Shown in pieces: positions 1 to 12,189 of a stretch of 64,000 nucleotides of DNA. The notes under the pieces were generated by a model, which made no database searches, had not been told where the DNA came from, and saw only the letters and a program-made list of their open reading frames with translations. The DNA comes from Basidiobolus meristosporus CBS 931.73. Its lineage: Eukaryota > Fungi > Basidiobolomycota. Where the stretch lies: positions 1 through 64,000 of the forward strand of contig MCFE01000003.1 of assembly GCA_002104905.1 (NCBI GenBank). The letters are read 5' to 3'. Numbering within the stretch: position 1 is the stretch's first letter; each line of letters opens with the position of its first letter. Made by a program: the position numbers and the translations under genes.

Positions 1-639
1 AACGCAAAGCTTTCTCTTCTCATCGCCAGTATCAAGAGCAATAACCTTCAAACCCATAGCTTTGGCGTACTGGACAGCCAAATGGCCGAGACCTCCTCCA
101 GCTCCAACAATGGTGACAAATTGGCCGGAACGGACTTCGGTCTCTTTGAGGCCCTTGTAGACGGTAATGCCAGCACAAAGAATAGGAGCAGCGTCAGCAA
201 GGGGTAGGTTGTCGGGGATACAAGCCAAATGAGAAGCACGAGCAACGCAGTATTCCTGGAAAGTACCATCGACACTGTATCCAGCCAGCTCTTGCTTGGG
301 ACATACAGTTTCACGGCCTTGAATGCAATACTCGCAGGACATGCAGGCGGAGTAGAGACAGACAACTCCGACAGAGTCACCAATCTTGAGATCCTTGACG
401 TTGCTACCAAGCGCAACAACCTTACCGGTACCTTCGTGACCATTGACCAAGGGAAGCTTCGGAGGAATAGGAAAGTCACCCTCAGCAATGTGGAGGTCAC
501 TGTGGCAGACGCCGGTATATTCGATCTTGACAAGTACATCATCAGGACCCGGGGTGTGGACAGAGATGGACTTGATCTCAATGGGTTTCTCATGAGATTC
601 AACAACAGTGGCTTTTTGAGTCTTTGGAATTTGGCACAT
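1..639 (-). CDS. ADH1: Zn-dependent alcohol dehydrogenase (Adh1-like), 3' end runs off the window
   Basis: Manual minus-strand translation from ATG at 639, a frame not in the ORF track: MCQIPKTQKATVVESHEKP...TGVCHSDLH...NGHEGTG...CMSCEYCIQGRETVC...APILCAGITVYKGLK...GAGGGLGHLAVQYAKAMG. The catalytic Zn (CHSD, GHE), structural Zn Cys cluster and Rossmann motif are present. Confidence 0.95.
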   Translation of the reverse strand, partial: MCQIPKTQKATVVESHEKPIEIKSISVHTPGPDDVLVKIEYTGVCHSDLHIAEGDFPIPPKLPLVNGHEGTGKVVALGSNVKDLKIGDSVGVVCLYSACMSCEYCIQGRETVCPKQELAGYSVDGTFQEYCVARASHLACIPDNLPLADAAPILCAGITVYKGLKETEVRSGQFVTIVGAGGGLGHLAVQYAKAMGLKVIALDTGDEKRKLCV

Positions 640-734
640 CTTGAAAAGGTGAGCTTCAATGACCACGATACGAATATATATATACAGATACCATTTATGG
701 CACAACAATTCTCCGTGGCCTCAACCAACATAAT

Positions 735-1591
735 TGACAATTCTGAGGATGACTTTACCTGCTCAGGCTTCTGCTACATATCTTGGCTTTCCTTTCCTTC
801 CTACTGGACTAGACTCTGGAGCACACCTGAAGAAGAGAATTATCCTGGAAAGACAGGCACTCCACAAGCTACTGGCTGTTACTCCTCCTACAACTTCAGC
901 TCCCAGCTGCCTCCTTCTACTCAAGCAGTTTGCCTTCCCTGTCCTGGAATTTGGCTTACCACTTCTCTCTCTTACTTCTAGAGACTGCACTAAGCTTGAC
1001 AAGTTTGCAGTCTGGTGTATTACCTCCTTGGTCCCTCATCTGTCTGAATGCCCCTACAGACATGCAATTCTTGGTGCTTTTGGGCTTATGCCCTATGAGA
1101 TCAGACTTCTCTACCCTAGAACCAGATTATATCTGAGACTTCACCACTGCAACAACCCACTGATCAAGGCCTGGAAGAGAACATAACACACTGCACCTGG
1201 CTCCTGCTGGAGAGCAATACTTGGAGATCCTGAAGTCAAGAAGTTTGCTCATTATATTCTGCAGTCAGGAAAACCCAAGCTGGCCTACCTGAAGTAATTG
1301 ACAGATCTTTGGCAGCAATATATGAAGCAGCACACTCCCTTTATGGTGAATATCAATCCTTATCATATTCCCCTCATTAATGTTGTTCACAAATATTCTT
1401 ACCCCTCTTGCTACCCCCCCTTCCCACTGAACAGTGTCTTGAGCACAGAAGAACTATCATCACTTCTTATTAACTTACCTACAAATTCCCCTCAGCTACA
1501 CACTCTTGTATCAAAGCTACAACAGTAGCACTGGCTTCTTTGTTTCAACTGAAATAAAGATTTCACCTGTTGGTGACTGTCTCCCCCCCCC
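735..1591 (+). mobile_element. 5'-truncated, degenerate non-LTR (LINE-like) retrotransposon fragment, copy 1
   Basis: ORF 734-1186 contains YLGFPF and LLLKQFAFPVLEFGLPLL, resembling the end of the RT domain and thumb of non-LTR elements. In-frame stops follow. The 3' end has AATAAA (1553-1558) then a C-run. A second copy lies immediately downstream. Confidence 0.7.
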
Positions 1592-1593
1592 TA

Positions 1594-2118
1594 AATGCTA
1601 TTCTTGGCACCTTTGGCTTATGCCCTATTAATTGGATTTCTCTACCTTAGAACCAGTCTATATCTCAGACTCCACCACTGCACCAACCCACCAATAAAGG
1701 CCTGAAGGGCACTCACTAACTACACCTGGCTCCTGCTGGAGAATCACAACTGGAGATCCAGATGTCCAGAAGTTTGCTAACTATATTCTGCTGTCAGAAA
1801 AGCTCCAGTTAGCCTATATGAAGTACTTAACAGACTTTTGGCAGCACTATTTGAAGCTGCACACTCCCTTCATGAAGAGCATCAATCCATATCATGTTCC
1901 CCTATTAATATTGTTGAAAAATCATTCTTACCCATTTGCTACCCCCCCCCTTCCCACTGAGCATTGTCTTGAGCACTATAAAGTTATCATTTCTTCTTAT
2001 TGACTTACCTACCAACTCCCCTCAACTACACACGCAGGTATCAAAGCTAGGGTAGCAGCGCTGGCTTCTTTGTTTTCACTGAAATAAAGATTTCACCTGT
2101 TGATAACAATCTCCCCCC
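1594..2118 (+). mobile_element. Non-LTR retrotransposon fragment, copy 2 (shorter 5' truncation, head-to-tail with copy 1)
   Basis: 1595 onward (atgctattcttggcacctttggcttatgccctat) aligns to ~1062 onward (atgcaattcttggtgcttttgggcttatgccctat). Both copies share the 3' end ctggcttctttgttt..ctgaaataaagatttcacctgttg plus a C-run. Confidence 0.75.
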
Positions 2119-2425
2119 TAACTCTAAATATACACAATACTCATATTTTCTATGATATTCCCAACATTCAATCTTTTCCTCTATTTCATATTCTTCACTG
2201 CCATCCCTCTAACCTTATATTTGACATGACGCAAAGTGAAATACTGGTCTATAGCATTGATATTCCGGTTTGATTGCCTATTCAGATTTACTGAAGTGTA
2301 ACTGTTATTTTTATTTTAGAAATTTGATGCAAGATGATAAAATGAAGTAAGCCGTAGATATAAATAGGTATGAGTTCAATCGCTTGTCAGAATCAAGAAT
2401 ACATACTACCTACTGAGCTTGTTAC

Positions 2426-3337
2426 TTAGTCACACTCTACAAGTGCGGCCTTCATGGCGGCAACAGCATTATCCATTTTCTTCTGCTCAGCATCATTGAG
2501 CTGAATATTGATAGGTGCCTCGACCCCGTTGGCTCCGACGATAGCAGGCATCGACACATAAGAGTCGTATTTTGCGCTATAGCACGAGATAGGACGGATA
2601 TCTCGACGGTCATTGAGAACAGAGTCGCATAGGGAGGCTACACAAGCACCGATACCGTAGTAAGTAGCGCCCTTACGGTCGATAATCTCGTAAGCCTTAC
2701 GGGATACTTCATATTGAAGTTGTTCGAGGTCGATTCCTTGCATTTGAGGGTAGTCAACAAGGGGAACTCCGCCAACACGGGCTGAAGACCAGGCAACAAA
2801 CTGATTATCTCCGTGCTCACCCATCGCATAGCAATGAATGGCGGGTTCACTAACACCGATGATCTGGGAGAGTTTGAGTCGAAGTCGTCCGGAGTCAAGA
2901 AAGGTACCGGAACCAAACACCTGGTTTTTGGGGAGGCCGGAGATCTTCTGAGCAATGTGAGTGAGGACGTCAACGGGATTGGCAACAAGCATAATCTTAG
3001 CGGTAGGCTTTATGGGAGCCATACCATTGATCACACTGCTGAGGATGTTGAAATTTTTGGCAATCAATTGGAGACGGGTCTCGCCAGGGCGTTGATTGGC
3101 ACCAGCGGTAATTACAATGATATCGGCTTGGCCAGCTTCTTGGTAGCTGCTTACTCTCACCTTGGTGGATGAGAGAAACTGGGAATCTGACAAATCAAGC
3201 GCTTGTCCCTCAGCAACCTTTTGGTTGATGTCAACCATCAAAAGCTGACAGGAGACATTACGAAGAATGATCGAGGAAGCGCAAGAAGCCCCGACAGCAC
3301 CACATCCGATGATCGCAATAGTTTTGTTGGCAGGCAT
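2426..3337 (-). CDS. ldh: NAD-dependent L-lactate dehydrogenase, intronless
   Basis: GCGAVG Rossmann motif, TAGANQRPGETR (Gln at the lactate-specificity position), ANPVD, GTFLDSGR, GEHGD catalytic His, KGATYYGIG; 303 aa. Confidence 0.95.
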   Translation of the reverse strand: MPANKTIAIIGCGAVGASCASSIILRNVSCQLLMVDINQKVAEGQALDLSDSQFLSSTKVRVSSYQEAGQADIIVITAGANQRPGETRLQLIAKNFNILSSVINGMAPIKPTAKIMLVANPVDVLTHIAQKISGLPKNQVFGSGTFLDSGRLRLKLSQIIGVSEPAIHCYAMGEHGDNQFVAWSSARVGGVPLVDYPQMQGIDLEQLQYEVSRKAYEIIDRKGATYYGIGACVASLCDSVLNDRRDIRPISCYSAKYDSYVSMPAIVGANGVEAPINIQLNDAEQKKMDNAVAAMKAALVECD

Positions 3338-4189
3338 ATCTTTGTAGAGTAGTTGCTGTGATAACTAAGTGTAGTTGCTGTTTCAGGATGGTCAGGAGTG
3401 AGATATAAATACTGAAAGATTACCGGCTACCCCTGATTGATAGAAGCCAGCTGGTTTAGTAACCACTTCAAAGTGTACGCACAGCTCCATATGGAACCGT
3501 CGAATTCCATCTACCAACGCTTAAAGGATACATTGAAGTGGATTCTAGTGGCAACTTGATGATTTTGTCTTATCTTACTTGTTTTGCACCTTTTCTAAGA
3601 ATCAGTTAAGAGTAGAAAATCATTATCTCGATATGCAAAGCTCATTCCCGCAAATAACGGTCTATCTTTTGCTACCTTACAGCGAGAATAAATTTACTTT
3701 TCGCTTTGGAATTTCAAGTCCTTCTACATTGGGGAACATATTTACATTACCGCTATGTGTATGAATGATACGGAATCTACTGAAAGATAAAGACTGATGT
3801 TACTATCAGACTCAAGATAAGCACTGATATCGTTAATAAACCAATGATGTGGATTTGACTCAAGCCTTATCAGCCTCTATTAAATATGTAATTCTCTTAG
3901 AATGGACATGTATGAGCCATCTACTCGGATTCTAATATTTGCATAGATTTCACGCATTAGGTAAATATGCAGGGACTGCAAAAAGTTACACAACTAAATC
4001 CAGGAAAGTCCGGTGGCTTTGAGATGAAGCACTATTTTACGCTAATAGACTAACACACGGGCCGTCACCAATTTATATAACCAAACTCGGGAAATCCAGT
4101 GGTCTGGAAAGCGAGGAGCTCATGCCCCTATTTGAGGATTGTTAAGGGCTTGTAAAATATCACTAATCCTGACAGTCTCCCTGAATGTA

Positions 4190-4390
4190 GTAGTTGGCTT
4201 GTAAACTTGTGTTACAATCAAAATGAATCCGACAGGTCGGAAAAGATGCATCGCGATTGATACTAGTATTAATAATCAGGTTGAGGAAAAGCACCATATC
4301 ATATCGTTAAGAGAAAGCATTACAAGATGAATTCACAACCATGAACATTGGTGCATCATTTAAATCATCCAGTCAAGCTGATCGAAAAGT
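4190..4390 (-). pseudogene. Highly deleted remnant of the AEC/PILS transporter gene (paralog of 9672-11001)
   Basis: 4193-4230 gttggcttgtaaacttgtgttacaatcaaaa matches 9772-9802 gttgggttgtaaacttgagtcaaaatcagaa. 4329-4362 gaattcacaaccatgaacattggtgcatcattta matches the AEC 5' flank from 11010 (gaactcacaatcttggacattggtgcaacattta). Confidence 0.6.
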
Positions 4391-6369
4391 TCCTAAACCC
4401 GTATATATCTCAGTTAACATTAGCTATATATAGCTAATCTCATCGTAAATCTTCACTTTAAAGCTCCTATAGCTCCTGAAAATGCAAAATGTGGAGATGA
4501 AGAGAATTGCCATCATTTTCTGTTATCCCAATCTCATCCGAAAGTATATTTTCTTACTTTGAACGTAGCTTCACCAGAGGCTGTACTATCAATTAGGCAC
4601 AAGCATCCTGGCTTGATACTTATTAGATATAGATTTCTTTCGATTCGTTGTTGGCTGTTAGGTTTGGAAAGATTGATCTACAGTTTAATGAATACTTCGC
4701 GGTGTAAACTTCAAGTTATGAATGAAACATTACCAGTGAATTATTATTCGCTCATCAATTTATTCAATACACAAGAGTAACCTCCCTCGTGACCCAAATA
4801 GAACTCTGAGTAGTTGTATCTCAATATTCCAATGCCGCACAAATCACCCGAGAACCGAGCAGGTAAACAATTTGCATGGCATATGTAAAGTTCCTAAACC
4901 GTATTATGCTCCCCATGATGAACTGTTTTTTGAAAGTATATCTATTAAATCAGGTGAAGATAGACAAATCGCTGCCTTAAACCAGTGGGTATTGTTGCTT
5001 TGAAGCAAAGCTAACGTACTTTTGGCATTACTACAGCTATTGAATGTTGGATCTATCATTTGCTTTCGTACCTTAATTGGCTATTTGGAATACAAATTAT
5101 CTCAGGGCTCGGATCTACTTGTATTAGTAATTGACTGTCATATCATTCTTTCGCAGCTCTCTATCGTAAGAGTAGATATTTACTCCATATGGGCACGTTG
5201 ATCCTGATGAAGCTGACTTTGGAGCCGAGCAATGCTGTTTCTCGAAAAGGCTAAATTGGTTGAAGTAGAGGTATCAGCGGTGATACCAGCCAGATCATTT
5301 AGATTAGAAATTCTTACAGATCTTGATGCAAGTTTATAAATGATTTCCCCAATACTGAGGCAATGCAGCATGACATTGTTACTATAAAAGGCTAGTTTGT
5401 TTTCGAGTGTTGTCCATTCACATGATATCCAACAACAAAGAAACATGGGACAAGAGATATGAAATGATAAGTGACCTGGTTTCTACTAAAGCTTTTGCCG
5501 CCAATTGCAATATTTGGCTTTTGCTATACTAAGCTAAATGATACTCTGTTTGCCAACTTGTGATCAGATCCACTATCCAAAAGCCAATTTTGAATAAATT
5601 ATTGGATGACAATACAAGCACTGATATGTTGCGTGACCCAAACGTGGCTATAAATTTTTATATCCACACTTGGTGTCATTGCTATAAAAGGCTATTTTAA
5701 TCGGATTAGGATTAGAACAGATTCTATTTTATCAATAGGAACACATCTGAAGTTCAGATTTTTATTGAATATAGCATTGAATACCATAACTTGGTCGTAG
5801 AAATCGGCAGAAAGCATCGCCTGCTTTATATTTTAGTCATGTATTAATTATGATTAAAGAGCTACTAAACACCAATAGGAAGCATTGCTACTATATGTGA
5901 TAGTGCCTCTTCAACATTATATTTCAGCTCTGAGTATGTCGGGATACGTTTGGAAGTTTACAGGTTCGCGTTGTATTTTTTTGATTGTAGGTTGTTGACT
6001 TGAATTAATTTCGTCAGATTGGTTTATCAATCCTTGTGTATAACATGTGCTTGAAAGCAAATCCTTCGGTCTTGAAATTATCAACCATAACTTGGCAATG
6101 GCATGATAGTCGAATTTTTTGGTTTAGAGAGTACGACAATATAATATTTATTAACTCCAGAATCTAGGCTTAAATCGCCTTAAGATATTAGCGAGAAATA
6201 TATATGGAATATCACCGTGCTCATTCCCTAAGACAGATCATCATTTTACGGGGAATGAGTTTATGCTAAGCCAAATAGGGTGATTCATCTGGACCAATAG
6301 TTTTATTGACGTGAGTATGAAAAAGCATCCGATTAGCAGACACGTCTAAAGAAAATAAAGCAACTTATT

Positions 6370-7340
6370 GTATCCTAGTCCAAAATGAATTTCCCAGTAT
6401 TTGACGTGAGCAGTGGGGCTCATAGGAAACCGGCCCGCATTACGGTGCTTATCCTCACTGAATGTTCCATTGACTATATCGACACAATCAACAGTGACCT
6501 CACCATAGTTGATCTAGATTTTATGAGCGGTATGCAGATAACCAAATACCTCAGGTGAAACTCTAGGGACAATATCGTTCTCGCTTGTAACGCGACAGAG
6601 CTTCTGGTAGTCCCCTCCACCATTGGGATGATAGGGTAGGCTAACTTGACAATGCCTCATCTCCAACTCTGAGTGAGTCATAGCTGTGCAACCGAATTCT
6701 ATTGGCGTCTACCACTCTCAACAATGCGGGCTCAAATGACCCCTCATACCCAGGGCTAAGGTAGTTCTGCTTGATATCTTAGCACCGAGCGGCACCCAAG
6801 GAGTGACCGGTAACGAAAAACTCGTAATCAGATGACTTGCTTCCGATGATCGAAAGAGTCTTGGCCAAGCCAGCCTTAACTTGCTGTAAGACACTTGCGA
6901 AAGCCTCGTAGAACCCACGATGTACCTCGTTATGTAGGTACTTCTTAGAGTACAGAAAGGACTTATGGACAAAGTCGAAATCCAGGTTTCAGTTCCCAAG
7001 GTTAAATGAACTGATTCAAATTGCTAGATCATTCACGTCCAACGGGTATTTACATCAGGACAACTTACCCTCTGTAGCTGACAACGACCTGATTGTTCTA
7101 TTCGCTGTATCCAATATAGTCGACCATCTCGGCGGTGCTGTTCTGGAACTAGGTGATTACATTGAGGCTACCAGTACAGCGATGTCCACACGACCTAACA
7201 CAAAAGTAGCACTACTTACACTCACCGGAAGCAACTTCTTGTGCCTCATCGCAATACTTTGCTCGTAATGACAACGGTCAGCGGTACTTTCACATTCTAC
7301 CTGTAGGTTGAATCTAGAAGATAAGAGCCAATTTTGGACA
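6370..7340 (-). pseudogene. Class 3 (fungal) lipase pseudogene
   Basis: Manual minus-strand translation gives VVVSYRG, EVHRGFYEAF, FFVTGHSLGAA (GxSxG nucleophile), RVTSENDIVPRVSPEVFGYLHTAHKI*I and HVKYWEIHFG. Several in-frame stops and frameshifts; GT-AG intron remnants. Confidence 0.85.
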
Positions 7341-8121
7341 AATTGCTGGATAATTTTGAACACTAGATCCACTGTCCCTCGTGGCCAAAATGTGGCTTTG
7401 AAAAGTGTATCTCGATAGGAGGTTATTCGTAAGGGAGATGATACATCCCGCTCGATAACTAATCAGGATGATATAACGCATGGTATATATAAACTTCCTA
7501 AATTATACTATCTTTCCCATACAAGGCTTACTAAAGAGCATCTCTTTAGAATGAGATGCAGAGAGCAAATCACTGCCCTGTTCTAATGAGATATATTTGG
7601 CAGGAGGCAATCCTCTTACGAAATTTGCATTAGAACTCAGTGACACTAATATAGCATTGGTAGGGTTTTGTTGGGTACTTGTATTATTGGTGAACTTGAA
7701 TAACAATGACAGATTGAAAGCACCAGTTTACGGCACTCTAGATTATGATCATCAAGATTTAGCCATAATATGGCAAGTCAAATTAGGCCTTTGAAAGCTT
7801 GAGAATTCAAGGAACCTATGAAATAACTAGAAGAAAAGTCAGGCGGTTTCAAGCTAAAGAGATTTATAGCTGAAACCTTGAAAGCATGCCCTGAATGTTA
7901 ACTAGCAAGACTATACTGTTATAAATTTCGTAATACACCTAAATGATAGCTTAATTGATCAGAATACTGGACAACAGCACTATGTATGGGCTTTGCATCT
8001 ATTTGGCTACCTACAAACATCGGACGAATCTAGTGTTTCATAGTCAATTTAACTACAATAATCATAATTTGGATGAAATGATTTTTTAATTATTGATGAT
8101 ACGAAGAAATGAAATGTATAT

Positions 8122-8149
8122 GTGTGGGTGTGGGTGTGGGTGTGGGTGT
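8122..8149 (+). repeat. (GTGTGG)n microsatellite, about 4.7 units
   Basis: Read directly from the sequence. Confidence 0.9.
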
Positions 8150-8244
8150 ACTAATTGTACAAATCGATAATATGCTTCGTGCGGCCAACTCTAACCAGAT
8201 GTCGCGCTCAGTGGCACTCTAGAAGAATAGCCATCAGCGCATTC

Positions 8245-8495
8245 TTCGTTTTGACAGGATATTGGACGGATATCGTGGCGATCGTGGAGAACCGAACCAC
8301 TAAGATACGAGCGCTAATACCGTAGTATGTAGCGCCCTTGGATGATGTAAGGACATCAACAGTTTTGGCAAAAAGTATACTCTTAGCAGTAGGATTGGTG
8401 GCACACTACTGATCATACTGTTGAGGGTGATGAAGTTTTTGCCAGCCAACTCACAAGTGGCATTACGGAGAATAATTGAGGAAGCGCAAGGGCAT
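8245..8495 (-). pseudogene. ldh: Internally deleted L-LDH pseudogene (paralog of 2426-3337)
   Basis: 8264-8339 (ggacggatat...ataccgtagtatgtagcgccctt) matches 2592-2674. 8461-8495 (cattacggagaataattgaggaagcgcaagggcat) matches 3256-3285 fused to the start-codon region. Most of the CDS is missing. Confidence 0.85.
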
Positions 8496-8499
8496 ATTT

Positions 8500-9340
8500 G
8501 TGTTATGTTAACTAAGTATAATTTCTATTTAAGGATTGTAACTAGTGTGCTATATATATATATATTGGCAACTGACCCTGATCGATAGAAGTCTTGATCT
8601 CAACTGTTTAGGTCACTCTTCAGAATGCATGGCGATAGAAAAGCCATTTACTCATTACTTTCTTTACTTACACCACATGAATCATAGTAACAAGTAGTTG
8701 AGTTTGTCATATCTTGCTTGTTTTGGGCTTGGCTCCACCTTGATAACTAGAACCCAATCCCGTGAATAATGATCTAGCCTTTGTTATCTGATATCAAACT
8801 TACTTGGTGCTTCGTAGTATTATGCGCTTCTGCATTGGTGCAAGTTCTTGGCTAACCCCAAGTCTAGTAACCCATCGAAAGATAATGACTGATACTTTAA
8901 TTAACCAAAGATAAGTACCGATATCGTTAATAAGCCAATAATAAGGATTGATCTCGTTAATAAATCAAAGCTTTCGAATGAAGCCTTATCAACCCCTATT
9001 AGCCTATTTCTTGAAAAATATAAAAGTTACCAATTCTGATAATTTACGTATTTTTCCGCTTTTTTGGAACATACCTCACAGGTAATATTGAAAGTGGTAT
9101 ACTGCGGAATCAAGTAAAGCAAGAAATCACATGCCCAGAATAACTTTAATGGACACAGCATTTACGTTAATTTCATACGTCAGGCAAGTAAACTTTAACA
9201 AGGCACCTAACCAAATATGGGAGATCCGGTGACTTGGAGAGTACTATCGCCCTTTCACCTATTAGGTAAGTGTGAAGGGCCTAAAATATTTCATCTAACC
9301 AAATTCGGGAAGACTCATAGAAAGTCGGATCACCATTCCT
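8500..9340. repeat. Diverged duplicate of the LDH upstream region (about 3340-4110)
   Basis: For example, 8910 gataagtaccgatatcgttaataagccaataat vs 3816 gataagcactgatatcgttaataaaccaatgat. Also ctgatcgatagaag vs ctgattgatagaag, and aaccaaattcgggaa vs aaccaaactcgggaa. Confidence 0.7.
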
Positions 9341-9671
9341 GATCCTAGTTTAATTTCTAAATCCAAGGTGGACATTCACTTGGATATCGATGAGAAGCCA
9401 CGTAGTTACATACTACTACCATATTCCCTATTAGATTCTCGTAATTTTCATCAGAATGAGTTTATTCAAAGAGCGAGGAACACAAACAATGCACATTTGC
9501 TAACTGGGCAATTGAGTCGGATTGATAGGCAAATGAAGCTAAGCAAGAACTAACAAATTTTCGATAGCTTTTTCAATACTGCATCATATCATAATAGGCA
9601 TTAGAGCGGGCACTAATTTCAATGTTTTATATTTGCAGTAGTAAGGGGTCTAATAAATGTTATGCTTGTTT

Positions 9672-11001
9672 TTATAGCAGGTTGAGGATGAATATCATAG
9701 ATATAACCATGGTAAAGAATCCTACTATGTACTGAAGAGCAAGAATACCGGCGATCTCCTTGGACTTTCCAGTTGGGTTGTAAACTTGAGTCAAAATCAG
9801 AAGTGTAGTAGCTGATGGTACAGTCGAACCGAACATTAGGAGAAAGCGGAAAACGCGATCATCCGCATCGATCAATGGTGTATAATATGTCAACAGTTGA
9901 CAAAATCCGATACCAATCAATGGAAATAAAACCATTTTGAAAACGGTGATTGCAATAGCAGCAACCGGAGGAATGCGGCGAACACTAATCTTTGATAAAG
10001 CGGCACCAAGATTCATAAACGCAAGGGGCACATACCCGCCCGAAATGGTTATAATGCTTTCTAACACCCAGCCAAGACATGGCTGGTGGTCGTTTCCGGG
10101 CTTGACAACAAAAAGATCTTTCAATGGTGAGATCAATGCAATAGCAATAGCAATGAAGGTAGCAAGATTAGGTGGATACAAGAGGGATTTCAGAAACTTC
10201 TTCAAGTTGATGTTCAATTTTTGTGCAGTTGTCGGAGCACATTGAGCGCTGTTGGAAGGATCTACGAGAGTAGCATCGGAGTCATTGATATGGAGGCTAA
10301 TCACCCTATCCAGATGGTCAACTCCAGCCAGAACTTCAGCATCCTGATTAAAATTGGTTATTGGATAATCAGTCATTTTCTCTGGCAATTCTGTGGAAGG
10401 CTGTGTCGTTGACGGCAATGTAGGGCTCGAGAAGTCATCTTCGATGAGGCTTGAACCGCCGCAGACGAAGAGGGTAAAATTGAAAACTACGTAAAACATC
10501 GGCGGTGTAAGCAGATCCCTTGGCAGACTCGCCAGGCAGGAATGGTGGACTATTTCCAATAGACATCAAAACTGCTAGTGGCAGATCAGCGAAGTTACCC
10601 CACACATTCATGGCTACAAAACCACCCTTGAATCCATCGGGCAGAGGAAGAAAACGCTTCATGAGAAGGCCTCCAACCAAACCAACTAGGATGTACGTCA
10701 CGAGAACAAGAACGGATACTCCCATATTCTTCATCTCGGACAAGTCAAGGTGGGGCACTAGCTTTGCTATCAGTAGCGAAGGCAATAGAAAATTGACGAT
10801 GACCTTCGATACTGTTCTAGCACTTGCCGGAGTGATAATTCCTGCTTTAGCCAATGCAAAGCCACCGGCTGTTTCGTTAAAAGAAAAGATCAGAATCCAT
10901 TAAGCAGAACCAAGTACGAGAAACTATGCATAGTCACCAGCATTAATCAACAGCTTGAGGATAGGCTCAAGAGCCATCCATATCATATCTTGAAGAGTCA
11001 T
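9672..11001 (-). CDS. Auxin efflux carrier (AEC/PILS, Mem_trans) family transporter with one intron and an apparent 1-nt frameshift near 10500
   Basis: Exon 1 MTLQDMIWMALEPILKLLINA, then a GT-AG intron, then AGGFALAKAGII...NFLLPSL...WGNFADLPLA. The frame changes at TAC ACC GCC G ATG TTT. The C-terminal half has YVPLAFMNLGAAL, KMVLFP, D-x-VFRF and VPSATT, typical of PILS/ECM3-like proteins. Confidence 0.85.
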
Positions 11002-12189
11002 GTTGATATGAACTCACAATCTTGGACATTGGTGCAACATTTATACCGTGTTCAAGTCGACCATAGATGGTTAATCTCAGATTGCTGTAAGATTACAAAA
11101 TATGGAAATGGAGGAGCTCAAGGAAAACTGCCATCAAAATCATCCTTTCTGACTTTGGACTGAGCTTTATCGGAGGCTTGGGTTAGCCATTGTGGCTTGG
11201 CCCTATTAGTTATAGATTTTGAAAGATTTGTTTGCAATTAATTAGTACTTATCTCTCTTATCAATCATTCCATGCAATACCGATACATTACAAGAGCCAG
11301 TTGAAATCATGGTCAACTCTTTCGAATGAATAAAGACCAAGTAAAATACACATACTGGTAGACTAACCAAACTTTGACAGCCAACGAATTCCGCAGATTG
11401 AATTGAAGCAAAATCGCTTCTTAACTACAGCTTGAGCATTGGTGTATGTGATAGGAGTGAATATGCACCTAGTCCAACGCACGATATATAGAAACGGCCC
11501 AGTGCGCCACTCCAGATTAGTCATATGCCAGATCGATTAGATTAGAAATACCTCCATTTTGATCTTAACAATGCCGTAAATATTATATGAGCCTAATGCT
11601 AGGCTACACCAAGGCAAATGTTACTTCTGTCCACTATCCAGCAGTTAGGCCTGTAGCCAAAAGTCAGGTACACAACCAACGATTGACTAAATCATAGTAA
11701 CCAGTTACAGAAGGATTTAGGGTACAAATATGGTCTTGAATAGGTGCATCTAAATATTGTACTCAAGAACCAAAAAGTAGAAAATCAAAACTATGTCAAC
11801 TGATGGACAAACTCTAAACACACTCTACAGGCTTGCTTGGATTTGTGACTTTAGGGCATTCAGTTATCTTTCACTTTGCTACAACTGTCCTAAATTGCAT
11901 AGTGCTATCTTGATAGGCTTTTTACGGTCTTATCTAAATATTATTACATCTACACACTGAACTACACTTTCTTCAAAGATACCATGTCACTTTAATGTTC
12001 TTGTAAATTTTAGCATTGACTTGATCACTTGGATCCTAATATATGATTGATATTACTTCCTGAAAAAATTGTTGGTCAGGTTTTGCTCAGTTTATTTTCA
12101 CCAAAATGTGAAAATTTCCCAAGTTGGCCAAAAGACCTCAAGCTTTGCGTACATACTCTTCAAGCTTGCTTAGTGTTGAAGCTAGCTCT

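Noticed and set aside
48-981. Track ORFs 48-740 (-) and 229-981 (+)
   Set aside because: They are an off-frame reading and the antisense shadow of the real ADH gene that starts at 639.
4559-6360. Short ORFs and AT-rich sequence between the duplicated blocks
   Set aside because: No recognisable motifs; partly the diverged duplicate of 11.0-11.6 kb non-coding DNA.
8122-8149. TG1-3-like repeat as an interstitial telomere
   Set aside because: Only 28 bp and consistent with an ordinary microsatellite; this fungus probably does not use yeast-type telomere repeats.
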